Shown piece by piece: positions 26,462-35,820 of a stretch of 64,000 nt of DNA. The notes below the pieces were generated by a model. That model did no database searches, was not told the DNA's origin, and worked only from the letters and a program-made list of their open reading frames with translations. The stretch's first letter is position 1. Each line of letters begins with the position of its first letter. A program made the translations under genes and the position numbers. The stretch is from positions 15,662 to 79,661 of the IMG/VR virus record IMGVR_UViG_3300005099_000065, one strand, 5' to 3'. Origin of the DNA: a virus.

Positions 26462-26737
26462 TTACTTTCCACCTCCTTGCAAATCTTCTCTTTTCAAATT
26501 TTTCAAACTCAAATCTATCAATTCATCCAAATCCTTCCAACACTGAGCAAGATAAGAGCGAACAGATTGTGCATTCAATCCCTTTGCATAAACATAGACA
26601 TTGTCTGCTTCTTCATCTATACCAAAATGAACCAAAGACATTCGGTTCCCCTCCAACACAAACTCAGCATAAAATTTTATGTCTCCCAAAAGAGAATCTT
26701 TCACCCATTTGGCTATGGTTATTTCCAACTTCATCAT
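26462..26737 (-). CDS. hypothetical protein
   Basis: 91-aa ORF in a tightly packed minus-strand run with GGAG SD. Confidence 0.55.
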   Translation of the reverse strand: MMKLEITIAKWVKDSLLGDIKFYAEFVLEGNRMSLVHFGIDEEADNVYVYAKGLNAQSVRSYLAQCWKDLDELIDLSLKNLKREDLQGGGK

Positions 26738-26940
26738 CTGCTCCTCCTATACAATTCCACTTCTGTCAACAACAACCAAATTTCCCGGCTTTCCACTTTT
26801 ACCTTTACCATGTCTGGTTTCACATCAATCACTTCGCCAACCTTGTTAGCCAGCTTCAATATGTTGGTGGTGGGGGTGAAAAGCACGAAAACTTTGTCAC
26901 CCACTTTGTAATTGTAAGTCATCTCAGCCCTCCTTGACAT
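26734..26940 (-). CDS. small KOW/SH3-like protein
   Basis: YKVGDKVFV...NKVGEVIDV; resembles the protein at 360-551. Confidence 0.55.
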   Translation of the reverse strand: MSRRAEMTYNYKVGDKVFVLFTPTTNILKLANKVGEVIDVKPDMVKVKVESREIWLLLTEVELYRRSR

Positions 26941-27154
26941 ATGTTACTAATCGCACGTCTAAGCTCGGTGTTTTTTCTTTGATCAATTTATATGAGTGAT
27001 AGCCAATTGTCACACCATGAGCTAAAAAATCGCAAAAATGCAGCAAATGGATAAACAACAATTTGTGGATTGATTTATCATCAGGAAGCTCGAGCTTTTC
27101 ATAATACTCCTTTGCTAATTTGATTTTGTCGCTGAACAAAATCATTTCATCCAC
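26924..27154 (-). CDS. hypothetical protein
   Basis: 76-aa ORF packed in the operon. Confidence 0.5.
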   Translation of the reverse strand: MDEMILFSDKIKLAKEYYEKLELPDDKSIHKLLFIHLLHFCDFLAHGVTIGYHSYKLIKEKTPSLDVRLVTYVKEG

Positions 27155-27527
27155 TTTTTATCACCTCCTGAATGTTGATCCAACACAAAGCCAAAGCATT
27201 TTCCAGCTTCACGGATTTTCCATAATCATCTATTAGCCCTGTAAAATCTTCATATCCAGCTATCCACAAAAGCCTGCCTTGATCCCAATACACAACTAAT
27301 CGACCTAGCTTTTCGTGATATTTAGGCAGTTGCCGAATCATTTCAGATGCATTAGGTGCTGCATACCTTTTGTTGTGTTCTATCACCAAATCTATCACTC
27401 TCTGATAATACCACAACTGATTTCCCACCCAGTGCCATAGGATGCAATCTTGAGGAAAACCGTGTTCCTTCAATCGTTGGGCTACGAGAAGAGAAACCAC
27501 TTGATCTTTGGCAGACAAATCTCTCAT
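27147..27527 (-). CDS. hypothetical phage protein
   Basis: VVSLLVAQRLKEHGFPQ...AAPNASEM..QLP; GGAG SD. Confidence 0.6.
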   Translation of the reverse strand: MRDLSAKDQVVSLLVAQRLKEHGFPQDCILWHWVGNQLWYYQRVIDLVIEHNKRYAAPNASEMIRQLPKYHEKLGRLVVYWDQGRLLWIAGYEDFTGLIDDYGKSVKLENALALCWINIQEVIKSG

Positions 27528-27720
27528 CTTTCGCTCCTTAAATCTTTAATTGTTTTAATGTTACGACCCAATTTCTCTCTCCAGTTGTTTGATTAGTTTT
27601 TCAATCTCTTCTTTTGTCCTCATGACAAGGAATACCAAATACAAATTGTTTTGCTGATAACAGGTCTTTTTCAAAGTGTCTAAGCTTTTCAAAATCCCTC
27701 TCAGTTCGACCAAAATCATT

Positions 27721-29130
27721 TCATAAGATTTTTGCATCCTTTTTCTCCTTCAATTGCAAAATTTTCTTTTCAATTTCTTTTTCATTTCCCACTATCACAT
27801 TCCAACCCAAAGCACGATAGATTTGAAATCTTTGTTGGCTGTGAGAAGCCAAATAATCATTCCCGTAATCCATACAGTCTATCAACAGTGGATTTGTGTC
27901 TTTGGGACGCAAAAGTCTACCAGCCCTTTGCACCACCGAAATTCGACTTCGACCTCCACCAGCTACCACCAGTACATCCAGCTGAGGAATGTCGATTCCT
28001 TCTTTCCACACGGTGGTGGCTATGACTATGGCGGATTGGTGGTTCAAAGCCTGGCGTAACAGGTGTTGAATTCGGCGAGGAGTTTTGCCTTGTACCAGCC
28101 TGGCTCCAGGAACAAGCGAAGCCAAAATTTTACCCTGCTCCACAGTGTCTACAGATATCAAAATCTTTCGACCTCTCAACAGTTCTACCAAATGAGCTAG
28201 CGTTTTATTTCTTTGTTCATTTTCAATTATTCCTTCCCTGCGTACCCAATACCAACTACCATAGACGGGACAGCGGGTTTTCACCATCAAAACAATGGGC
28301 TGAGACAAGTAAGATTGTTGTGTCAATTGTTGCACTTTTGCTTCATATATAATGGGACCTATGACACCGCAAGCTTTCATGTACTCTTCTGTCGTCCATA
28401 ATGTGTGAGGAGTGGCTGTGAGACCGATGCGAAATGGGATTTCGCTTTTGATTAAAATCCTCCGATAAGTATCAGAATGAGAGTGGTGGGCTTCATCCAC
28501 CATTATCCCATCGAAATGTTCCCTCAAATTTTTGATTTCATTTTCATCCCATCTGGACAAAGTTTGCACAGTGGCAATGGTGACTGTGGCTGGATAATAA
28601 TCCACCTGTCCTCCACCCCAAATACGAGTGGAAAAGAATCGGGAGAAAAACAAATATTGTTGGTGAAGCAATTCTCTGGTATGCACTATGAAAAGACATC
28701 TGAAATCCCGAATGCTGGCTATGATTCCAGCTGCTATGATAGTTTTGCCTCCACCTGTGGGGATGTGGATGATTCCTCTTTGGTGTTCGAGAGAGTAATG
28801 AACTGCTTCATTTTGATATGAACGCAACTGAATACCATCCAAATTGATTTTTTGCAACTTGTAAGATAATTTCATCTTTCTGATTTTCAAATAAGGATAT
28901 CTCTTTTCTATCTCTCCCAACAACCCACTCAAGAACCAACCTCTTTCACTTATCATACTCACTTTGATTATCTTTTTCCTCCACACTCTCTTTTTCCCCC
29001 ACCACGCTGGTTCCCATTGCACTTTTTTGTATATGAGTTCTTTTCTCAACCTTTCAAATTCTGGATGGTTGGGCGAAATCCAAGCCCAGCTAGGAGATCT
29101 TTGCACTATGTCAAAGGCTATTTTACGCAT
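27721..29130 (-). CDS. superfamily 2 DEAD/DEAH helicase (UvsW/XPB-like)
   Basis: LRSYQ, PTGGGKT, VDEAHH, GLTATP, EGIDIP and QRAGRLLR. Confidence 0.92.
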   Translation of the reverse strand: MRKIAFDIVQRSPSWAWISPNHPEFERLRKELIYKKVQWEPAWWGKKRVWRKKIIKVSMISERGWFLSGLLGEIEKRYPYLKIRKMKLSYKLQKINLDGIQLRSYQNEAVHYSLEHQRGIIHIPTGGGKTIIAAGIIASIRDFRCLFIVHTRELLHQQYLFFSRFFSTRIWGGGQVDYYPATVTIATVQTLSRWDENEIKNLREHFDGIMVDEAHHSHSDTYRRILIKSEIPFRIGLTATPHTLWTTEEYMKACGVIGPIIYEAKVQQLTQQSYLSQPIVLMVKTRCPVYGSWYWVRREGIIENEQRNKTLAHLVELLRGRKILISVDTVEQGKILASLVPGARLVQGKTPRRIQHLLRQALNHQSAIVIATTVWKEGIDIPQLDVLVVAGGGRSRISVVQRAGRLLRPKDTNPLLIDCMDYGNDYLASHSQQRFQIYRALGWNVIVGNEKEIEKKILQLKEKKDAKIL

Positions 29131-30157
29131 TGTTTGCCATTTGATTTTTGAGCTTGTTCAAATACCATTTCACCGTCACTCTCAATCCCTCTACCAAACT
29201 CAATTTCGGTCCCCAGCCAGTTGTTGTTCTGATTTTGAGACAACACAATCTGTATTCCCAATCATGACCTGGACGATCTGACACGAATCTTATCAATCTT
29301 TCTCTTTCAGCATTTCCCTCAAACTCATCCACCAAATGACAAATCAACTTCACCAATTCCAAATTTTGCACACTGAGAGTAAAGGCAGCATTTCCTATGT
29401 TATACGTGCCCAAAATACTTTTGCCTTTTTTCCTATACAATTTCAACAATCGATGAAGGGCAGCGCAATAGTCGCCGATGTACAACCATGAACGCCTTTG
29501 TTCTCCTTTGCCATACACTGGTATGGGGCGTTGCAAATAAGCATTGAGAATGGTTTTGGGAATCAACTTGGAAAAATCTTGTCGAGGACCGTAAACGTTG
29601 GTTGAGTTGAAAATCAACACAGGCAAATCATATGTTCGCTGATATGCATTTATTAAACACATGGCACCTGCTTTACTAGCACTGTAAGGAGACGAAGGTC
29701 GATAAGGGGAATCCTCTTCAGCCCACACCTTGTCTCCAAACACCTCGTCAGTACCTGCATAAAAGAACAACTTGCCTTCTCGAGATTTCCAAAATTCACG
29801 ACAGGCTTCAAGCAAAGTGAGAGTGCCTTCCATATTGATTCTGACGCAACGAAACGGATCTTTCAAACTCCTGTCCACGTGAGATTCAGCAGCAAAATGA
29901 AACACCATTTCAATAGGATAGAGAGTAAAGATGGTCTTCACTTGCTCCCAATCCTCCACTCTTCCCTGAATATGATAATAACGAGTGGGAAATTCTTGGG
30001 TCAGTTCTTCATTGTTTCCATAACAAATATCCAACTCCATGCTGTCCAAATTCACCACGTTCACATTGCGATATTGCATCAAAAGATTCCAAATCCAATT
30101 GCTACCAATAAACCCTGCCCCACCCGTTACCAGAACATATTTTTCATTCATTTGCAT
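29123..30157 (-). CDS. rfbB: dTDP-glucose 4,6-dehydratase
   Basis: TGGAGFIGSN, HFAAESHVDRS, GTDEVFG, SPYSASKA and DRPGHD. Confidence 0.92.
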   Translation of the reverse strand: MQMNEKYVLVTGGAGFIGSNWIWNLLMQYRNVNVVNLDSMELDICYGNNEELTQEFPTRYYHIQGRVEDWEQVKTIFTLYPIEMVFHFAAESHVDRSLKDPFRCVRINMEGTLTLLEACREFWKSREGKLFFYAGTDEVFGDKVWAEEDSPYRPSSPYSASKAGAMCLINAYQRTYDLPVLIFNSTNVYGPRQDFSKLIPKTILNAYLQRPIPVYGKGEQRRSWLYIGDYCAALHRLLKLYRKKGKSILGTYNIGNAAFTLSVQNLELVKLICHLVDEFEGNAERERLIRFVSDRPGHDWEYRLCCLKIRTTTGWGPKLSLVEGLRVTVKWYLNKLKNQMANNA

Positions 30158-30171
30158 TCCTCCTTGTTTTT

Positions 30172-30235
30172 ATTATAACTTGTTTTGATTGAAAAGTGAA
30201 AATTTTTTAGTTGAAATCCAAAAACAGGTTATAAT
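30172..30235. promoter_or_regulatory. divergent sigma70-like promoters
   Basis: Minus strand TTCACT (30195-30200)-N17-TATAAT (30172-30177). Plus strand TATAAT at 30230-30235, 8 nt before ATG 30244. Confidence 0.6.
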
Positions 30236-30243
30236 AATACAAA

Positions 30244-31488
30244 ATGAAGATATATTTCAAAAATTCCAACGGGATTCTTTATCAAGGTCATGTGTTAGAT
30301 GTTTTGAAGCAACTGCCTGACGAGTGTGTGGATTGCGTGATAACTTCGCCCCCATATTGGTGTTTGAGACGATATCCTAATGCAGACACGATATGGGATG
30401 GAAAATCTGATTGCAAACACGAGTGGGAAGGAGAGTTTTGCAAAAAATGCGGGGCTTGGAAAGGACAGCTAGGGCTTGAACCAACTTTAGGTTTGTATCT
30501 TATCCATCTAGTTCAAATAATGAAAGAGCTGAAGAGAGTCTTGAAAAAAACAGGAGTCATATTTTGGAATCATGGAGATAACTATTCCAACAGTACTGTT
30601 CGCTGCGGTGCACCAGAGAAATGTATGTGCCTTCAAAATTTTCGTTTCATCACCCATTGCATTGATGAATTGGGATTGATTTTAAGGAACATCATCATTT
30701 GGTGCAAACCAAATGCCATGCCCTGTAGTGTCACGGACAGACTTGCCCTCATGTACGAGCCCATATTCGTGTTGGTTAAAGACCGAGCATATTGGTTTGA
30801 TTTAGACGCAGTGAGAGTACCTTATGCACCGAGTGGGATACAAAGGAGAAAATATCCTTTGTCAAAGTTTGGCGGAGATCCTCAAAATCCCACAGGCAGA
30901 TTTGGCAAAGGAGTCAAAAAAGGAAGTGAAGCAGTGCTTTTGCCTGAAATACCAAATCCATTGGGTAAAAATCCTGGCGATGTCTGGATAATTGCAACAC
31001 AACCATTTCCAGAAGCCCACTTCGCTACATTTCCTCCTCAATTAATAGAACCATTGGTAGAATTGGGTTGTCCTCGTTGGATATGCAAAAAATGCAAACA
31101 ACCTCGCTCCAGAATAGTGAAAACATACTATGAACCAGGCAAACGTTATTCAAATGAAAAGACTTTGACCGAAGAGGCTAAAAAGCAAGGTCAAAATCCA
31201 GGTCCTCAAGGAATGAAATATGGCAGAGCAAATGCCATACGCTACACCGTTGGTTGGACAAAGTGCGGATGCGATGCTGGATGGGAATCAGGTGTGGTAT
31301 TAGATCCTTTCATGGGCAGTGGTACTGTGGCTGTGGTTGCTACTCGGCTTTTGCGTCGCTGGATTGGAATAGAAATCAGTGAAGAATATTGTCAGATGAC
31401 CGTGAATAGATTAAAACAACAAGTAAGTCCTTTGTTGACGTTTTTGGCTGGATGGTCAACCTCTCACGATGAACCTGCAATCATTTGA
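30244..31488 (+). CDS. beta-class DNA methyltransferase (probably N4-cytosine) with Cys-rich inserts
   Basis: VDCVITSPPYW (motif IV SPPY), HFATFP and VLDPFMGSGT (motif I). Confidence 0.92.
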   Translation: MKIYFKNSNGILYQGHVLDVLKQLPDECVDCVITSPPYWCLRRYPNADTIWDGKSDCKHEWEGEFCKKCGAWKGQLGLEPTLGLYLIHLVQIMKELKRVLKKTGVIFWNHGDNYSNSTVRCGAPEKCMCLQNFRFITHCIDELGLILRNIIIWCKPNAMPCSVTDRLALMYEPIFVLVKDRAYWFDLDAVRVPYAPSGIQRRKYPLSKFGGDPQNPTGRFGKGVKKGSEAVLLPEIPNPLGKNPGDVWIIATQPFPEAHFATFPPQLIEPLVELGCPRWICKKCKQPRSRIVKTYYEPGKRYSNEKTLTEEAKKQGQNPGPQGMKYGRANAIRYTVGWTKCGCDAGWESGVVLDPFMGSGTVAVVATRLLRRWIGIEISEEYCQMTVNRLKQQVSPLLTFLAGWSTSHDEPAII

Positions 31489-32371
31489 TGTCATTCAGTA
31501 CTTGGAAGATAGAGGAATTGAATATCGATTGAGAGGCAAGAATGTTTCTCGTGGTTGGGTAGAAATCAATTGCCTCTGGTGTGATGACCCTTCGTTTCAC
31601 TTAGGGATTTCTCCTCAAAGATTTTTGAATTGTTGGAGATGCGGACCCAAAGGTTCAATCATCAATTTGATTTGCAAAATAGACAAGTGTAGCAAACCAG
31701 CGGCCAAAGAAATTTTAAAGCAATATTCGCACTTAACAGACGAAACTTTAAACATCATTTTAAATAAGCAACCTCAACCACGGGCAAAATCATCACTTTC
31801 ATTACCTGGTCGCCCAGGGTTGCATGATCAATATCGTGACTATTTGATAAAGAGAAAATTCAATCCTGATTTTTTGGAAGTGTATTATCAGTTGAGAAGC
31901 GGACCCATAGCAGGTTGTTATCATCACAGAATCATCATCCCAATCATTCAAAATCGACAACCAGTTTCATTTTTGGCTCGCTCCATATCAGATTCATTAC
32001 AGCCTAAATATCTGGCTTCTCCTAGTGAGCAGTCATTGAAACCCATAAAACATTGTCTGTACGGGATCGATGAGATAAAAGACGAAGCTGTGATTGTGGA
32101 AGGAGTAACTGATGTGTGGAGATGGGGACCTGGTGCTGTGGCAGTGTTTGGCAAAACAATGACATGGGAACAAGTTCAGCTTTTGAAATCCCGAGCTCAT
32201 CGAGTGATCGTGTTGTTGGATGCTGATGCTCATAAGGAAGCTGAAAAGCTTGTTCATGATTTGGAACCATTTTTTGATGAAGTGAGATTGATGAATTTGG
32301 TTCGTGGTGATGTGGCTGATTTGAATGATGATGAATTGATGAAATTGAAAAAGAAAGTCTACTTGTTTTGA
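31469..32371 (+). CDS. DNA primase (Zn finger plus TOPRIM)
   Basis: CLWCDD...H...CWRC; VEGVTD and LDAD acidic TOPRIM motifs. Confidence 0.88.
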   Translation: MNLQSFDVIQYLEDRGIEYRLRGKNVSRGWVEINCLWCDDPSFHLGISPQRFLNCWRCGPKGSIINLICKIDKCSKPAAKEILKQYSHLTDETLNIILNKQPQPRAKSSLSLPGRPGLHDQYRDYLIKRKFNPDFLEVYYQLRSGPIAGCYHHRIIIPIIQNRQPVSFLARSISDSLQPKYLASPSEQSLKPIKHCLYGIDEIKDEAVIVEGVTDVWRWGPGAVAVFGKTMTWEQVQLLKSRAHRVIVLLDADAHKEAEKLVHDLEPFFDEVRLMNLVRGDVADLNDDELMKLKKKVYLF

Positions 32372-33205
32372 TGGTGCAAAAAAGGTCTGCCTGTCAGCGT
32401 CGGACGGTTAGCTCGGCGTCGGACGGTTAACCTTGAAATCAAATCAGCGTCGGACGTCATGAGCGTAATACGTATTACGCCAAGTATACGCTTGACTAAT
32501 TTTTTACTTGTGGGTCCTAATATAATATACTAGGGCAACTGAGATTTTTTTCTTGACTGAAAATAAACTGAGTTTCGGGTTGATGGTGGTTAACCACCAT
32601 CTGGTCTTTTCGTAAATGTCGGCTATAACGACAATTCGGTGTTTCATAGAATCAATTTGGTAAATAAATTTATTTATTTTTTAATTGAAAAATAAAAATC
32701 TTTTATAGAAATTCGTAAGAATTTCTCGTTTTTGGATTTATGGTTCTCAAACCTCCCTATTAATCAAGCAAAATTGGGTCACTTGATGGTGTTTAAACAC
32801 CATCAAGAATTCAGCAATTTGCGAACCCTTCCTATAACCGAGCAAAAGTTGAACTACCTGATGGTGCTTAAACACCATGTGGTTTTGATCAAAATGTTTG
32901 AAATCAAAACCCCATTATCTCCAGCCAGGTGTTAAACGTCAGCCCAGTTTCGAGGTTCACCACCACACACCAGTTTTGAGGATTCACCTGCTGCTGGTTG
33001 TGATGTGGAATGAAAATGGTTTGAGGAGCAAAAAGGCACCACCAATTTTGTGTTTCGAATTCTTTTTGCATGTAATCCTATGTGTAACAAATTTGGACAC
33101 TTAATTTGCTCAAAATTTTTGCTATCCATTGGGCTGAAGCCAACGTTACGAAAATTTTCACTTTTGTTTCGTTGTCGGCTATAATAGTTACAAGAGTGAG
33201 ACAGG
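32372..33205. other. putative replication origin / control region with palindromes and direct repeats
   Basis: 834-bp non-coding gap between primase and the initiator/DnaB genes. Palindromes at 32463-32480, 32582-32601 and 32782-32807, near-palindrome at 32861-32878, AT-rich tract at ~32655-32720. Confidence 0.6.
33157..33185 (+). promoter_or_regulatory. promoter TTCACT-N17-TATAAT
   Basis: Read directly; upstream of ATG 33206. Confidence 0.6.
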
Positions 33206-34252
33206 ATGGCAGCGAAAAGAAAGGAATTGAATTTTGGTATTTATTACTGGATGCAGAATTTGCAAAATTATGTCAAAACTAATTACGCCGAGGTTTTGCT
33301 TTTGTTTGCTTATTTATGGGACAGAATACATTTTCACAAACAACGGTTTTTTAACCATTCGACCATGGCCGCAGCTATCGGGGGAGTGAATGCAGATCGA
33401 GTTTATCATTATCTCAAGAAACTGGCAGATTTGGGTTTGGTGAAAAAGAGACAATGTTTGGTGGATGGGGTTAGGAAGTTGGAAATAGAATTTGATTATG
33501 ATGCGTTGAGAAAGCTTTTGCACTGCCGAAGTGAGCAGAGAAAAGAAATTGATTTGTCTCCGTGTTTAGAGAAGGTGTTGAACGTGTGGAATGAATGCGG
33601 TAATTTGCCCAAACATCGCAAGAACAATACCAAAGTTTTGAAGAGGGCTGAGAAATCACTGGCTTTGTTGTTGTCCAAGGGTTATACGTTGAACCAAATT
33701 TTTCTTTCCATTCGCAATTATGATTATTTGCTAGGTTTGAAGCTTAGCGATTTCAATTCCTCATTGCCAGGATATCGGGTGGGATTGGATGAGTTTTTAG
33801 GAGGTTTCAGTTCTGTCACTAAAAATAGGATGAAAAAGGCTAATGTGGAATTGAATCTCAACAGTTGGTTTGAGGAATGTTTGCATTCCAGGGAGATGTT
33901 GGCAATAAAATGGGCTAAAAGTTTTGCTCAATTTAGTGAGCAGGAGAAGCAAATCATCATTGAGTGGAAGGATTGGTGGAAGGATAGAGTGAAAGCTAAG
34001 GGATCTGACGCAGATTGGTTGTTTTTGGCTCGTGATTGGTTTGTGATTGTGAAAAAGCGACATCCTTTGCTTAGAGAGGAACCTTACGAATTGCATCCAA
34101 CTACTCGTTGGACTTGGCGTTTTGATGTGATAGTTCGTAATGATTCTTATTTGAATTCGATTGCATCAGATCCTCGAAAATTGCGTTTTCATCTGAATAA
34201 GATTATGGACAAGGTGTATGAAATAGAAGGATATAAGGATTGGTTAGAATAG
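33206..34252 (+). CDS. replication initiator / replisome organiser-like protein (N-terminal winged HTH)
   Basis: AAAIGGVNADRVYHYLKKLADLGLVKK wHTH; lies between the putative origin and DnaB. Confidence 0.55.
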   Translation: MAAKRKELNFGIYYWMQNLQNYVKTNYAEVLLLFAYLWDRIHFHKQRFFNHSTMAAAIGGVNADRVYHYLKKLADLGLVKKRQCLVDGVRKLEIEFDYDALRKLLHCRSEQRKEIDLSPCLEKVLNVWNECGNLPKHRKNNTKVLKRAEKSLALLLSKGYTLNQIFLSIRNYDYLLGLKLSDFNSSLPGYRVGLDEFLGGFSSVTKNRMKKANVELNLNSWFEECLHSREMLAIKWAKSFAQFSEQEKQIIIEWKDWWKDRVKAKGSDADWLFLARDWFVIVKKRHPLLREEPYELHPTTRWTWRFDVIVRNDSYLNSIASDPRKLRFHLNKIMDKVYEIEGYKDWLE

Positions 34253-34264
34253 GATGATAAAATT

Positions 34265-34292
34265 TTCAATGTTTGTCAAAAACCAGTATAAT
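34265..34292 (+). promoter_or_regulatory. promoter TTCAAT-N16-TATAAT
   Basis: Read directly; upstream of the GGAGG SD and ATG 34312. Confidence 0.5.
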
Positions 34293-34311
34293 ATTTACAG
34301 GAGGAAAAAAG

Positions 34312-35802
34312 ATGGTGAAGGATTTGGAAGAAGAAAAGTTCGTGTTTCATTGTTGTTTACAGGGAAACAGATATTTTTTGTCTAATGTGTTGAAGTTTTT
34401 GAAACCTTATCATTTTCAGAGCCAATATCGTCGCAAAGTGTACCAAAGTTTGGAATCTTTTTTTAATCAATTCGAGAGACCTCCAGCTTTGTGGGAATTG
34501 AAAGATTATTGTTTGAGAACGATTAGGGATGAACAAATGAGGGAAGGGGTGGAGAACATTTTGAAGGATATTCCCGAAATCCAAATAAATGAAGATAATA
34601 TGGACTATATGGTAGATAAGGTTTTGAAGTTTGTTAAGAAAAGTGTTTTGGTGGATTTGGTGGATGAAGTGATATCGAATTTGAGTAAGGGGAATGTTGA
34701 ACAGGCAGAGGCATTGGTGAAATCTTTCAAAGGCGTTTCTGTCGATGATTCGGCTCATTTTTTTGGTTTTCAAGACATGATTGTGGATGCTTATTTGCAA
34801 CAAGAAGAGGATTTCACGCTTGAATTTAGCGGATTGTTGGGGGAATTGATAGGTCCTTTGCGTCCAGGTTGGTTGGTTGGAGTATTGGCGCCGAGTAAAA
34901 GGGGTAAGACTTGGTTTTTGATTCATACGGCTTTGGATGCTATGTTTTCGAGGCTGAAAGTGTATTTTGTTTCATTGGAAATGCCTCGTGTACAGTTGAG
35001 TCGAAGGTTCATTCGAGCACTTAGCAAGAGGGAGGACGATGAAGAGTGGAAGCTAGTAGCTGATTGTGTGTTGAACCAGGAAGGAACATGTAGCAGACCA
35101 GAAAGAAAAAATCGAATACCATTGAAGATTAATGGAGATTTTCCTCAGAGATATGAAGACACACCAGAAGGTTATCAGCCTTGCACTGCTTGTCGAGATA
35201 AAAAAGACTCTCATTTTCGTTTGAGTGGGTGGAGGGTGAAGAATTCTCAAAGAAATGTGAAGCCGAAAGCGGATGAGAATTATTACACTCAGTTTGAATG
35301 GACTAATAAATTATATGGCCATTTTCTATACGCCAGTAGTTACCCTGCTTATTCTGTTAGAATTCAAGACATATTGATGGATTTGAATGTTTTGGAATCT
35401 AGTAAAAATTTCATACCTAAGGTTGTGGTGATCGATTATGCTGATTTGTTGGCATCTTTGCATTCTTATGATGAATATCGTCATCAGTTGGACGAAATTT
35501 GGAAAGGTTTGAAAGGATTGGCTATGGAAAAAAATTGTATAGTCATGACGGCTTCTCAAGCTACTCGTGCGTCTATGAGTAAACATCTTTTGGATACGAC
35601 TGATGTGGCTGAGGATATTCGCAAGTTGGCTCATTGTGATTTGATGATAGGTTTGAACCAAACTGATCGAGAAAGGAAAACTTCGATTTTGAGAATCAAT
35701 GTGATTGCGAAAAGGGAGGGATTTTTCGATCCTAAAAGACAATTGAAATGTTTGGCTGATTTTGAACATGGAAGGCTAAGGATTGATGAAAGTTGGAAAT
35801 AA
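34312..35802 (+). CDS. dnaB: DnaB-like replicative helicase
   Basis: APSKRGKT Walker A, FVSLEM, VVVIDYADLL, TASQA, AEDIRKLAHCD; SD favours ATG 34312. Confidence 0.9.
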   Translation: MVKDLEEEKFVFHCCLQGNRYFLSNVLKFLKPYHFQSQYRRKVYQSLESFFNQFERPPALWELKDYCLRTIRDEQMREGVENILKDIPEIQINEDNMDYMVDKVLKFVKKSVLVDLVDEVISNLSKGNVEQAEALVKSFKGVSVDDSAHFFGFQDMIVDAYLQQEEDFTLEFSGLLGELIGPLRPGWLVGVLAPSKRGKTWFLIHTALDAMFSRLKVYFVSLEMPRVQLSRRFIRALSKREDDEEWKLVADCVLNQEGTCSRPERKNRIPLKINGDFPQRYEDTPEGYQPCTACRDKKDSHFRLSGWRVKNSQRNVKPKADENYYTQFEWTNKLYGHFLYASSYPAYSVRIQDILMDLNVLESSKNFIPKVVVIDYADLLASLHSYDEYRHQLDEIWKGLKGLAMEKNCIVMTASQATRASMSKHLLDTTDVAEDIRKLAHCDLMIGLNQTDRERKTSILRINVIAKREGFFDPKRQLKCLADFEHGRLRIDESWK

Positions 35803-35820
35803 TATTTAGGAGGTGTAGCT

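Noticed and set aside
29123-30157. Host chromosomal LPS/rfb locus (i.e. a prophage boundary)
   Set aside because: rfbB is alone, coupled to a phage-type helicase and flanked by phage genes. No rfbACD or housekeeping genes are present.
30244-31488. Restriction-modification system
   Set aside because: No cognate endonuclease is adjacent; orphan MTases are common in phages.
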